The translations under genes and the position numbers were made by a program. Shown one piece after another: positions 11,278 through 21,771 of a stretch of DNA of 64,000 nt (its first letter is position 1; each line of letters opens with the position of its first letter). The stretch spans positions 32,001 to 96,000 of the forward strand of contig CBDBHE010000008.1 in NCBI GenBank assembly GCA_965205605.1. The letters run 5' to 3'. Source of the DNA: Spirochaetota bacterium. Lineage in GTDB: Bacteria > Spirochaetota > UBA12135 > COTS27 > CBDBHE01. The notes beneath the pieces are model-generated. The model was given only the letters and a program-made list of their open reading frames with translations. It was not told where the DNA came from and made no database searches.

Positions 11278-12489
11278 ATGAGCACTAGGAAAAAAAAAAT
11301 TATTTTAGCTTATTCTGGAGGGCTTGATACTTCAGTAATTGCAAGGTGGCTTGCTGAAAAAGACTTCGAAGTCATTTGCTTTGTTGCTAATATAGGTCAA
11401 AAAGAAAGCTTTTCTCAACTCAAAAAAAAAGCATTGTTTTCAGGAGCAAGTCAATTTATTCTTTCTGATTTAAGAGAAGAACTCATTAAAAATTATGCCT
11501 TTTTAGCCATTCAATTTAATGCCAAATATGAAGGAAAATATCTTCTTGGGACCGCTTTGGCTAGACCTTTAATTGCAAAAGCTATGGTTGCCATCGCCAA
11601 AAAAGAAAAAACAAATATTTTATCTCATGGTGCCACCGGAAAAGGTAATGATCAAGTCCGCTTTGAGCTTTCTGCTTATGCACTTGATGCTAAGATTAAA
11701 ATTATCGCTCCTTGGAGAGAAGAAGATTTTTTCTCTATTATCAAAGGAAGAGAAGATGCCATTGAGTATGCTAAAAAATATAAAATTCCCATTAAAGCCA
11801 CCCCTAAAAAACCTTGGTCAAGTGATGAAAACTTACTTCATATTAGCTATGAAGCAGGTGTTTTAGAAGACCCTAATGCTCAAGCCCCAGAAGAGGTGTA
11901 TGAATGGACACGTTCCCCTAAAAAAGCTCCTGATAAGTCAGAAACAATTCAACTCTCTTTTAACAAAGGAATCCCTTTCGCTATTAATCAAAAAAAACTA
12001 ACTCCCATACAACTATTTGAAAATCTCAATAAAATAGGCAGCCTTCATGGCATTGGTCGCATTGATATCGTTGAAAGTCGTTTTATAGGAATGAAAAGTC
12101 GTGGGGTTTACGAAGCTCCTGCTGTAACCATCCTTCAAGAAGCTCACGAAGATTTAGAAAAACTTTGTGTCGACCGAGATGTGTTAATCTTAAAAGAGTC
12201 TCTCATGCCTAGATTTGCTCGCTTAGTTTATAATGGTCTTTGGTACACTCAAGAAATGAATTGTCTTCTTGCTCTTTTAGAAAAAACTCAAACTAACGTT
12301 ACCGGTAGTGTCACTTTAGAGCTTTACAAAGGTAATGTTTTAATTCAAAAACGATCGTCTTCGACCTCACTTTATAATAAAAAAATTGCTTCTATGGATT
12401 GGGATGGTGGAGCTTATGATCAAAAGCAAGCCAGTGGATTTATTAGCTTGCTCTCAATTCCTCTAAAAGCTCAAGCAAAACGAAAATAA
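11278..12489 (+). CDS. argG: Argininosuccinate synthase
   Basis: LAYSGGLDTS, HGATGKGNDQVRFE, GMKSRGVYE. Start placed at ATG 11278 rather than TTG 11236. Confidence 0.96.
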   Translation: MSTRKKKIILAYSGGLDTSVIARWLAEKDFEVICFVANIGQKESFSQLKKKALFSGASQFILSDLREELIKNYAFLAIQFNAKYEGKYLLGTALARPLIAKAMVAIAKKEKTNILSHGATGKGNDQVRFELSAYALDAKIKIIAPWREEDFFSIIKGREDAIEYAKKYKIPIKATPKKPWSSDENLLHISYEAGVLEDPNAQAPEEVYEWTRSPKKAPDKSETIQLSFNKGIPFAINQKKLTPIQLFENLNKIGSLHGIGRIDIVESRFIGMKSRGVYEAPAVTILQEAHEDLEKLCVDRDVLILKESLMPRFARLVYNGLWYTQEMNCLLALLEKTQTNVTGSVTLELYKGNVLIQKRSSSTSLYNKKIASMDWDGGAYDQKQASGFISLLSIPLKAQAKRK

Positions 12490-13032
12490 TTACTTTTGAG
12501 CATTCTTTTCTCTTATCCTTTTATACCAAGAAACAAAAGAAAAAAGTAAAATAAAAAATAAGACTAAAAAAATACTCACTTTAAAAAATAAAGTGAGCGA
12601 TTTTAAAGAAGCAATAAACACAATCCCAAAAAGTAAAAAAGTCCCCACTTCATTATAATAACGAAGCTTAAGACTACTCATCAAAATGATTTGTTTTGCT
12701 AATTTTCTTTTAATCACTCCACAAAAAAAATGATAACTAAAAAGTAATAGCAATAAAAAACTTTTTAAATGAAACCAAGATTGATGATAAGCATTTACTA
12801 AAATTAAAAGTCCCACTCCCGAAAATAACACCCCAAACATCGATGGAATTGTAATTATTTTCCAAAGACGATCTTCCATTAAAAGATACTGCGAACACAA
12901 AATATTTTTTTTAGGTTCTTTTTCTTTAAAAGCTTCTGTATGATAAATAAACAGCCTCACTAAATAAAATAAGCCAGAAAACCAAGTAACAATAAAAATA
13001 AAATGAAGTGATTTGAAAATAAGATAAGTCAT
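12490..13032 (-). CDS. hemJ: Protoporphyrinogen IX oxidase, HemJ (CopD-like) family
   Basis: KSLHFIFIVTWFSGLFYLVRLFIYH, WFHLK, RYYNEV. Confidence 0.9.
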   Translation of the reverse strand: MTYLIFKSLHFIFIVTWFSGLFYLVRLFIYHTEAFKEKEPKKNILCSQYLLMEDRLWKIITIPSMFGVLFSGVGLLILVNAYHQSWFHLKSFLLLLLFSYHFFCGVIKRKLAKQIILMSSLKLRYYNEVGTFLLFGIVFIASLKSLTLFFKVSIFLVLFFILLFSFVSWYKRIREKNAQK

Positions 13033-13050
13033 AAAAATAAAGACAATGTT

Positions 13051-14244
13051 TTAAAGTAAATGTCCCATTTTTTCTTTTTTTGTTTTGAGATAATTTTCAT
13101 TATATCTTGTTGATTGCATAATAATAGGAATTCGTTTTTTAATGGTAAGCCCATAGCCTTCCAACCCAATAATTTTTTTAGGATTATTCGTTAAAATAGA
13201 AAGTGTAGAGAGACCCAAATCTTTTAAAATACTCGCCCCTACGCCATAATCCCTTAAATCTGTTTTATATCCCAAATGTTTATTAGCTTCTACTGTATCA
13301 AGGCCTTTTTCTTCTTGAAGTTTGTAGACTTTTAATTTATTTTCAAACCCAATTCCTCTACCTTCCTGACGAAGGTATACAACCACTCCAGCACCTTCTT
13401 TACAAATCATTTCAAAAGACGTGTGCAGTTGATCTCCACAATCACATTTTAAAGATCCCAAAACATCTCCTGTGAAACATTCAGAATGCATTCGTACTAA
13501 AACATTTTTTTTTTTAACAATATCTCCATAAACAAGAGCAATATGTGTGTAATTATCTGTATAACTTTTATAAGCAATTACTTTAAGATCCCCATAAATC
13601 GTTGGAATCATCGCTTCACTCCTTCTTTTAACAATGGTTTCATTTTGTAATCGATAAGCAATCAAATCAGCAATTTTAATAATACCAATTTTATGTTTTT
13701 TTGAAAAATCTTCTAAATCAGGGAATCTAGCCATTTCTCCATTTTCTTTAATAATTTCACAAATAACCCCAGAAGGATGAAGCTGTGCTAATTTTGCTAA
13801 ATCAACAGCTGCTTCTGTATGACCGGCTCTTCTAAGAACTCCTCCTTTTTCAGCTTGTAAAGGAAAAATATGCCCTGGCTTTCTAAAGTCATTTTTTCCC
13901 TTATTTTTATCACATAAATATTCAATCGTTAAAGCTCTCTCTTTTGCAGAAATTCCCGTCGTTACTTCTTTAGCATCAACGGAAATAGAAAACTTTGTAG
14001 TGTGTTTTTCTTCATTTTTATTCGTCATTTGAGGAAGATCCAACTCTAATAATCGCTCTTTTTCTAATGGAACACATACAAGCCCTTTACAATGGGTGAT
14101 CATGAAATTAATAATTCCTGCTGAAATTTTTTGAGAAGCAACAATAATATCCCCTTCATTTTCTCTATTTTCATCATCAACAACAATCAACATCTTTCCT
14201 TGTTTAATGTCTTCTATGGCTTTTTTAATAGGAATAATACTCAT
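13051..14244 (-). CDS. ribBA: Bifunctional DHBP synthase / GTP cyclohydrolase II
   Basis: VDDENRENEGD, RAGHTEAAVDL, RMHSECFTGD..CDCG, QEGRGIG, TNNPKK. Confidence 0.97.
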   Translation of the reverse strand: MSIIPIKKAIEDIKQGKMLIVVDDENRENEGDIIVASQKISAGIINFMITHCKGLVCVPLEKERLLELDLPQMTNKNEEKHTTKFSISVDAKEVTTGISAKERALTIEYLCDKNKGKNDFRKPGHIFPLQAEKGGVLRRAGHTEAAVDLAKLAQLHPSGVICEIIKENGEMARFPDLEDFSKKHKIGIIKIADLIAYRLQNETIVKRRSEAMIPTIYGDLKVIAYKSYTDNYTHIALVYGDIVKKKNVLVRMHSECFTGDVLGSLKCDCGDQLHTSFEMICKEGAGVVVYLRQEGRGIGFENKLKVYKLQEEKGLDTVEANKHLGYKTDLRDYGVGASILKDLGLSTLSILTNNPKKIIGLEGYGLTIKKRIPIIMQSTRYNENYLKTKKEKMGHLL

Positions 14245-14510
14245 TTTTTTACTTTAAAGAGAATGCTTTAATAAGCAAATAATCCTTTTTTAAAAAATTC
14301 CAAACTTAATTTCATCTCTTTTTATCAAAAAATTCAAAATAATTTTTAACCACTAATCCCTTCAAGTTCATTATTCTACTCTTGACTTTACTTTTTAAAT
14401 TAAAAAAAGAAATAAAAAAACCTACAATAATTAAAAAGCTATTTATAATATATTTTATAAAGTATTTATTTATTTTGCATAATGGGTTTTTTATATTTTT
14501 TTTAATTAAC

Positions 14511-15653
14511 TTATGGCATTTTATCAAGTTGAAAAGAAAACCAAGCCTTAACATCTGTTTTATAAGGATTAGTAATAACAGGGTCTAATAAAGTTTCATA
14601 ATAAACCAATTTATGATTACTCTCTCCTATTAAAAAAACATCTTTCTTCGTTTTTGAAAAAAATTGCGGTACCCCTATTGCTGCATGGTGATAGTTAAAA
14701 GAAAGTAAAATCTCCGAATCCACTTTCAAGTGTCTCAAAAGAATGTGTAATAACAACGATTTTGTATCACAATCTCCTTTTTTTTCTAAAATACAATTTA
14801 AAGGAGTTTTAATAATTTCCTTACCGTTTAGTATTTCTGTTTTCATATTCCTAATGACAAGGTAAATATAATTAAACAAAGTAAACGTCTTTTCTTTTGG
14901 ATAAAGATCTTTTAATTCCTTAACTAAAAAGCCTACCGATTCATAAGAGCTCCTAAAAATCATTCGATAAAAACGCTTAAGAGCATTATAATTAACATCA
15001 GGGTAAGTTAAAATAATTTCGGTTTCTCGTTTGACAACAGCTTCCATTAAAGCAATATCTTGATAATTAAAAAAAACTTCAAATGTATGTAATTCAAAAG
15101 AAACTTTTTTTTTATCTACCATTTTTTTTCTTCTTGAAACTGGAAATGCTAAATAACTAAAAGGACCTGGTTTTAAATAAGTTTCTTCATTAATTGAAAA
15201 AGAATCAAATAATGAAGCAATAAACAACTTGTTATTTGTAAAATCTTTATCGTTACAAAGAGATATCATTAAAACAGGATGTGAGTTTTTTTTAAAAAAA
15301 CAAAATAATTGGGCTTTAACAAGCTCATTATCAATTACCAATTGACCATCAATAAAGTAAGATTGATAGGAAAAATAATTTATTTCCTCACCGATTCCTT
15401 TCAGCTTTAGTTGTTTTTTGGTAAAATCGACAAATTGCTTCAAGCTAGAAAATCGATTGTTTTGATAAGTAATGATTTGAAAAGTAATGCCTTTTTTTGC
15501 ATTAATCCATTGAATCATCTTAGGAGCTTTTTGATCATCTATTTTAAAATTAGAATGAATATCCACTAGCCATTTTGCTTGTGAATTTCTATAAACCAAA
15601 GCTTGTAAATTTAGAAATAAAAAGAAGAATAAAAGAAAAAATTTAATTAACAT
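14511..15653 (-). CDS. Exported protein with C-terminal transglutaminase-like (Cys-His) domain
   Basis: Signal peptide, GDCDTKSLL followed by HHAAIGV and YYET. Confidence 0.7.
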   Translation of the reverse strand: MLIKFFLLFFFLFLNLQALVYRNSQAKWLVDIHSNFKIDDQKAPKMIQWINAKKGITFQIITYQNNRFSSLKQFVDFTKKQLKLKGIGEEINYFSYQSYFIDGQLVIDNELVKAQLFCFFKKNSHPVLMISLCNDKDFTNNKLFIASLFDSFSINEETYLKPGPFSYLAFPVSRRKKMVDKKKVSFELHTFEVFFNYQDIALMEAVVKRETEIILTYPDVNYNALKRFYRMIFRSSYESVGFLVKELKDLYPKEKTFTLFNYIYLVIRNMKTEILNGKEIIKTPLNCILEKKGDCDTKSLLLHILLRHLKVDSEILLSFNYHHAAIGVPQFFSKTKKDVFLIGESNHKLVYYETLLDPVITNPYKTDVKAWFSFQLDKMP

Positions 15654-15780
15654 TTTGAAAGATATTTTTTATTCTTCGGAAGAAATTAGATATAAAAAAG
15701 TAATAAATAAGTTGAATTTTAAATCCCCCTATAATAAAATAAAGTTTTTCCAAGTAAAAAAACCAATACTTATATTTTGA

Positions 15781-16800
<1,020 letters not shown>

Positions 16801-16803
16801 TAT

Positions 16804-18420
16804 TTGTCTTCATTTTTAAAAAATTTTTTTAAAGTTTCTTTTTTCACCATCCTTTCTAGAGTCACAGGTTTCATAAGAACCATTTTTTTTGCTTATTATT
16901 TCGGGGCAAGTGCTCTTTTTGATGCGTTTGTTATTGCTTTCAAACTACCCAATTTATTTAGAAGACTTTTTTCAGAGGGGGCGATTAATTCTGCTATTAT
17001 CCCTATTTTAAGTGGATTAGACAAAAACAAAGGAAAAAAATCTAAAAAAATAATTATTTTTCGTCACATTTTCACTTTTTATTTAATCGCTCTTAGTTTA
17101 TTGATTATTTTAGTGATTTTATTGGCCCCTTATATCACCCAATTATTTTACTTATTAAAAACTCATTCATCTTCTCCACTTAAAGAAACAACATTATTTT
17201 TACAAATTATGTTTCCTTATCTTTTATTTGTGTCTCTAGCTGCTCTTTGTCAAAGTGTTTTAAATACTCATCATATTTTTTCTATTTCAGCTGCAATGCC
17301 CGTTGTGTTCAATTTAATGATTATTGCTGTTTGTCTTTTTTTTCCTTTCCTAAATCTAACACTTTTTGAAAAAATGATTCTTATTTCTATTTCAACTCTT
17401 TTTGGAGGCCTCTTTCAGTTTATACTCCAAGTCCCTTCTGTTTTACGGCTTGGGTATTCTTTTAAAACAGACCTTTTTTTTTTAAAAAACCCTCATTTTA
17501 AAAAATTCATTTTACTGATGGCACCTATATTATTTTCTTCTGGAATTTATCAAATCAACGTGATTTTAATCGACCCTATTGCAATTTCTTTAGGAGAAGG
17601 CGCTGTTTCTATCCTTCACTATTCTAATCGTCTTTTAGAGCTCCCTCTTGGAATCATCGGCGTTTCTCTTGGCACAGTCGGACTCCCTCTTCTTTCAAAA
17701 TATGGAACAAAAAAAAATTTTAAAAAAGTAAGTGAAATACTTCTTAACATCCTCTTATTTCTTATCACCATTATTATGCCAATTTTTACTCTGACACTGC
17801 TTTATAGAGAAAAAATCATTTCCCTACTACTTGAAGGGGGTACCTTTGGCTTTAAAGAAATACAACTAACCGCTAATTGTTTGTTTTTTCATATGTTAGC
17901 TTTTCCCTTCATTGCCATCAATCGTATTTTTATGATTGCTTTTTTTTCATTAAAAAATACAAAATTTCCTTTAAAAATTGCCTTTGTTTCTATTTTTGTT
18001 AATTTAGCAAGTTGTCTACTTTTAACAAAAATACTTGATTTCTTTGTTGAAGGTATTGCAATAGCAAGCTTTTTAACAGGATTGGTTAGTTCTTTATTGC
18101 TTTTAATAGGTATTAAAAAAGAAATAAAATACTTTCGACTTAAAGCGTTATTTAAAAAAATCTATCAAACAACACTTGCTTGTTTTTTAACATTAAGTTT
18201 TATTTTATTAATTAGTAAAATCAATCTTTATCATTATTTTTCAAAAATGCTTACAGAGTTCCCTCTAGTAAAACAATCTTTTATAAAAAAAATTTCTCTC
18301 TTTACAGAATTATCATTCAATTCTATATTATTTATAAGCACGTATATATTGATATTATTTCTTTTGAGGGATCAAGAAATAAAAATGTTTTTCAAAAAAT
18401 TTAATAAAAAAAATAGCTAG
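16804..18420 (+). CDS. murJ: Lipid II flippase MurJ
   Basis: LSRVTGFIR, DAFVIAFKLPNLFRRLFSEGA, RLLELPLG, many TM helices. Confidence 0.95.
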   Translation: MSSFLKNFFKVSFFTILSRVTGFIRTIFFAYYFGASALFDAFVIAFKLPNLFRRLFSEGAINSAIIPILSGLDKNKGKKSKKIIIFRHIFTFYLIALSLLIILVILLAPYITQLFYLLKTHSSSPLKETTLFLQIMFPYLLFVSLAALCQSVLNTHHIFSISAAMPVVFNLMIIAVCLFFPFLNLTLFEKMILISISTLFGGLFQFILQVPSVLRLGYSFKTDLFFLKNPHFKKFILLMAPILFSSGIYQINVILIDPIAISLGEGAVSILHYSNRLLELPLGIIGVSLGTVGLPLLSKYGTKKNFKKVSEILLNILLFLITIIMPIFTLTLLYREKIISLLLEGGTFGFKEIQLTANCLFFHMLAFPFIAINRIFMIAFFSLKNTKFPLKIAFVSIFVNLASCLLLTKILDFFVEGIAIASFLTGLVSSLLLLIGIKKEIKYFRLKALFKKIYQTTLACFLTLSFILLISKINLYHYFSKMLTEFPLVKQSFIKKISLFTELSFNSILFISTYILILFLLRDQEIKMFFKKFNKKNS

Positions 18421-18467
18421 CTTAATAATAAATCACTTTGATTGCATGATATTCCCATTGATTAAAA

Positions 18468-19391
18468 ATGAAAAAAAGTAACCTAAAACATTCTTTTATT
18501 TTTATTTATTTATTAATATTATTTTTATCTTTAAATAGTTGCACAAGTCTAATTAAAAGCCTTGTAGTTGAACAAACAATCCCTTTAATTAATTCTGTGC
18601 AAAAAGCTTTTTTTTTAGAAAATGACATTCAAGCAGCAAAAATATCTCTTCCAGCGACAATTAAATTAGCAGAAGGATTTTATCATTACTACCCACATTC
18701 TCCTTATTATTCTGGGAAACTTTGTTTTTTATACGCTGCCTATACTTTTGGATTTGTTGACAACTCTCCTTACGACGATTTAGAAGAAGACTATGATAAA
18801 AAAACAACCAAAGTTGACCATTACTATCAAAAAGCTTTTTTTTACGGTAAAACAAGTTTAGAAAAACAGATTCCAAATTTTTTTTCTTTTCTTCAAGACA
18901 GTAAAAAAAGAAAAATTATTCTTAAAAAAATCAAAAAAAAACATATTGAAACTCTTTTTTGGTTTAATTTTTCATGGGCGATGATTATTTTTAATGACTT
19001 GTCAAATCCTAAAAAAATCATTCAACTAGAAATTGTAAAAGATATTGCTAGTACCATTGAAAAGGTTTACCCAACCTATTTAAAAGGAATTAATAAAAGT
19101 ATTTTTATTGCTTATTATGGTGGCAGGACCGAGATTTTAGGAGGAGACTACAAAAAATGTGATGAATACTATAGACAAGCAAAAGAAATTGCTAATAATA
19201 AGTCTATTATTGTAAATTATGTTTATTTAAGGTTTGCCGTCACTCAAAGGATTGATAAAAGTTTATTTGAAAAAATTTGTAAAGAAATTAACAATTTCAA
19301 ATTAAAACAAGAAGACGAAATATTGCTTTTAAATTCAATTATCAAAAAAAAAACTGAGCAATTAGCCCAAAAAAAATATTTGTTTTTTTAG
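18468..19391 (+). CDS. TatT-like (TRAP/TPAT T-component) lipoprotein
   Basis: Lipobox LNSC, ENDIQAAKISLPATIKLAEG, YAAYTFGFV, LFWFNFSW, GGDYKKC; helical TPR-like pattern typical of TatT. Confidence 0.75.
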   Translation: MKKSNLKHSFIFIYLLILFLSLNSCTSLIKSLVVEQTIPLINSVQKAFFLENDIQAAKISLPATIKLAEGFYHYYPHSPYYSGKLCFLYAAYTFGFVDNSPYDDLEEDYDKKTTKVDHYYQKAFFYGKTSLEKQIPNFFSFLQDSKKRKIILKKIKKKHIETLFWFNFSWAMIIFNDLSNPKKIIQLEIVKDIASTIEKVYPTYLKGINKSIFIAYYGGRTEILGGDYKKCDEYYRQAKEIANNKSIIVNYVYLRFAVTQRIDKSLFEKICKEINNFKLKQEDEILLLNSIIKKKTEQLAQKKYLFF

Positions 19392-20872
19392 TTTTCAATC
19401 GCCACCACATACAAAGATGTCCCTCTTTGAATATGAAAAATAATTTTTTTTTTCTTGTGATATCTTTGCATTACTTTTTCATATTGACTGATGCCATTGA
19501 CTTCTTCATGATTAACCAAAACAATCACATCTCCCAAACGCACCCCTTGTTGTAAAAGAGGAGATTTTTTGTTGATGTTTTCAATAACAACCCCTCTGGA
19601 GGTTTTAAGTGAAAAACGTTCTTTTGTTTTTTGATTAATGTTGTTGACAGTGATTCCTAAATATTTTTGACTTAAGTTACCCCTAGAAGAAGAGCTTGAA
19701 AGCAAGGGTTTATTTTGACCAATTTTAACTTTAATGACTATTTTCTTTTTAGGGTTACCTCTTTTTAAAAGCTCGATTTCAACAACAGTACCTGGTTTTG
19801 TATTACCAACAAAATTAATTAAATCAGAAGAATCTTTAACTTGCTTTTGATTATAACTAATAACAACATCTCCTTTTTTAATCCCTGCTTTATCTGCTGG
19901 AGAATTATCCGTTACATCAGGAACATAAACTCCTTTTTTACTAATACTTAAAGCGTCTGCCAATTTTTCATTAATATCTTGAACACTAATCCCTAACCAC
20001 CCTCGAACAACACTTCCTGTTTCTTTTAACTGTCTAACAATATTTTTAACCATGTTAACAGGAATTGCAAAGCCAATGCCAATATTAGCACCATTCTTAG
20101 AATAAATCATAGAATTAATTCCAATAACTTCCCCTTTTAAATTAATTAAAGGCCCCCCAGAGTTTCCTGGATTAATCGCAACATCTGTTTGAATAAAATT
20201 TTCATATTTAGTATTTCCAATTCCTTTTCTTCCTTTTGCTGAAATGACCCCCATTGTAAAAGTATGAGAAAGACCAAAAGGATTGCCGATTGCAACCGTA
20301 ATATCCCCGACATTAACACTGTCCGAATTACCTAAAGTAACATGAGGTAAATTATTAACATTTTTAATTTTTAAAAGAGCCACATCTGTATCTACATCTT
20401 GACCAACAATTTTTGCTTCATACTCTTTATCATTGTCCTTAAAGACAACAACTATTTTTATACTTCCATCAACTACATGATTATTAGAAATCAAATAGCC
20501 ATCTGAGCTAATAATAAAACCAGAACCAAACGCTGACCTATCTTCTTCAGGAAGATTATCTCTAAAACCAAAAAAACGCTTTAAAAACTCATCCCCTTGA
20601 AAAAAATCTTGAGAATTACTTCTAACAGATTTAACTACTCGAATACTCACTACCGCTGGTAAATTTCTATCGGCTATTTTATTTAAAACTTTTTGAAGCG
20701 GTAAAGCTGCAAGCTCTTTATCACTAATCGTTTCAGCTTGAAAACCTTTAGCATATAAATCAAGAGCCCCTTTTTTTAAGTCTCTATAAAAGAAAATACT
20801 TCCTAAAAGAATGCCCAATAAAATATTTAATGAAAAAATAAAAATAAATTTAAACCTTTTAAATTGATTCAT
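19388..20872 (-). CDS. degP: Do/DegP-family serine protease with two PDZ domains
   Basis: GSGFII, NNHVV, DVALLK, IQTDVAINPGNSGG, RGWLGI and a second PDZ domain. Confidence 0.93.
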   Translation of the reverse strand: MNQFKRFKFIFIFSLNILLGILLGSIFFYRDLKKGALDLYAKGFQAETISDKELAALPLQKVLNKIADRNLPAVVSIRVVKSVRSNSQDFFQGDEFLKRFFGFRDNLPEEDRSAFGSGFIISSDGYLISNNHVVDGSIKIVVVFKDNDKEYEAKIVGQDVDTDVALLKIKNVNNLPHVTLGNSDSVNVGDITVAIGNPFGLSHTFTMGVISAKGRKGIGNTKYENFIQTDVAINPGNSGGPLINLKGEVIGINSMIYSKNGANIGIGFAIPVNMVKNIVRQLKETGSVVRGWLGISVQDINEKLADALSISKKGVYVPDVTDNSPADKAGIKKGDVVISYNQKQVKDSSDLINFVGNTKPGTVVEIELLKRGNPKKKIVIKVKIGQNKPLLSSSSSRGNLSQKYLGITVNNINQKTKERFSLKTSRGVVIENINKKSPLLQQGVRLGDVIVLVNHEEVNGISQYEKVMQRYHKKKKIIFHIQRGTSLYVVAIEN

Positions 20873-20959
20873 AAAAAATACTCCTAAGTTTGATTTTTAA
20901 TCAATACTTTTATTTAAATACATAATAATTAAAATTCTAACATAAAAAACATTATTTTT

Positions 20960-21393
20960 AATGAAAATAATATTGCCTAATAACAATAATAAGTGAAATT
21001 ATTAGATGTTTTTCTTAAATTAATAAACCACAAATGAGATTTTTTCTTGGAAGCTTGCAAATTTTTTAAAAAAATTTTTACCTATTTTTTGCATATAGCT
21101 GTCATCTCCTTCGTTTTGTAGAATGTAACAAACCCTCTTTAATTTGGAAAAATGCTCAAAAAATCAAAGAATTTTAAAAAAAAAATCTCACCACACAAAT
21201 CAATCCACCCAACAATTCCTAAAATAAAATCATTCCCTTGTGCTAATTGTAAAAGCTATCTTGTTTAATTCTAAAATTTCTCTTGGTTGTACCGAAACAC
21301 AGCCTTGTATACCACAAAAACAAAACTTTAATACCACAAAAACAAAACTTTAGAATATTTCCAAAAATGCCAATGCCAATCAATTCTTATCAC
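20960..21393 (-). pseudogene. Decayed amidohydrolase-2 family sugar lactonase (L-fuconolactonase-like)
   Basis: Manual translation over several frames gives ordered blocks: VIRIDWHWHFWKY, GIQGCVSVQPR, TR*LLQLAQGNDFILGIVGWIDL, KLKRVCYILQNEGDDSYM, NLICGLLI*EKHL. Lies directly downstream of a mutarotase. Confidence 0.8.
21309..21352 (+). repeat. Perfect 22-bp tandem duplication (ATACCACAAAAACAAAACTTTA x2)
   Basis: Read directly at 21309-21330 and 21331-21352. Confidence 0.95.
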
Positions 21394-21408
21394 AAATACA
21401 CCCCATCT

Positions 21409-21744
21409 TTAAAGTTCAAAAATTCTCTCCATTAAAGTCCATTTTTCTTTTTCATTTGCCTCTGCTACTGACTCTTGAAGTGTGCCCATTAAGTCTTCCC
21501 ATTCTTGACATCGTGGATGGAGCTTTAAATAATTTGGCAAATTTTTTCTAATATCAAAATCTTCTTTACCTTCTAAAACCATAAAAAGTCGCCTTCCCAA
21601 AAGATAAATATTCATCTTTTTAACACCTACTTTTTTTAAAGCTTCAACAACCTCTGGCCATGGATTTGCATGATAATCCTTGTACTTTTTAATAAGTTCT
21701 TTATTATTTTTTAAATCAATGCAAAAAGCGTATTCTTTCATCAA
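21409..21744 (-). CDS. L-rhamnose/L-fucose mutarotase family protein
   Basis: YKDYHANPWPEV, MNIYLLGRRLFM, QEWEDLM, WTLMERIFEL. AGGGGG RBS. Confidence 0.88.
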   Translation of the reverse strand: MMKEYAFCIDLKNNKELIKKYKDYHANPWPEVVEALKKVGVKKMNIYLLGRRLFMVLEGKEDFDIRKNLPNYLKLHPRCQEWEDLMGTLQESVAEANEKEKWTLMERIFEL

Positions 21745-21758
21745 AAGCTAACCCCCTT

Positions 21759-21771
21759 AGTAAGTCTTACT
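21759..21771. promoter_or_regulatory. Candidate operator palindrome AGTAAG-T-CTTACT
   Basis: Perfect 6-1-6 inverted repeat immediately upstream of the mutarotase RBS. Confidence 0.35.

Noticed and set aside
14245-14588. FMN riboswitch upstream of ribBA; short ORFs 14312-14554 and 14382-14588
   Set aside because: No recognisable RFN conserved segments. The ORFs are low-complexity AT-rich and overlap each other and a real gene.
15712-15735. sigma70 promoter for ilvC (TTGAAT...TATAAT)
   Set aside because: Spacer is only 12 bp, and such hexamers are common by chance at this AT content.
21309-21352. Possible CRISPR repeat or ncRNA in the degP-mutarotase gap
   Set aside because: Only two copies, no spacer and no cas genes. 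The region is better explained as a lactonase pseudogene.
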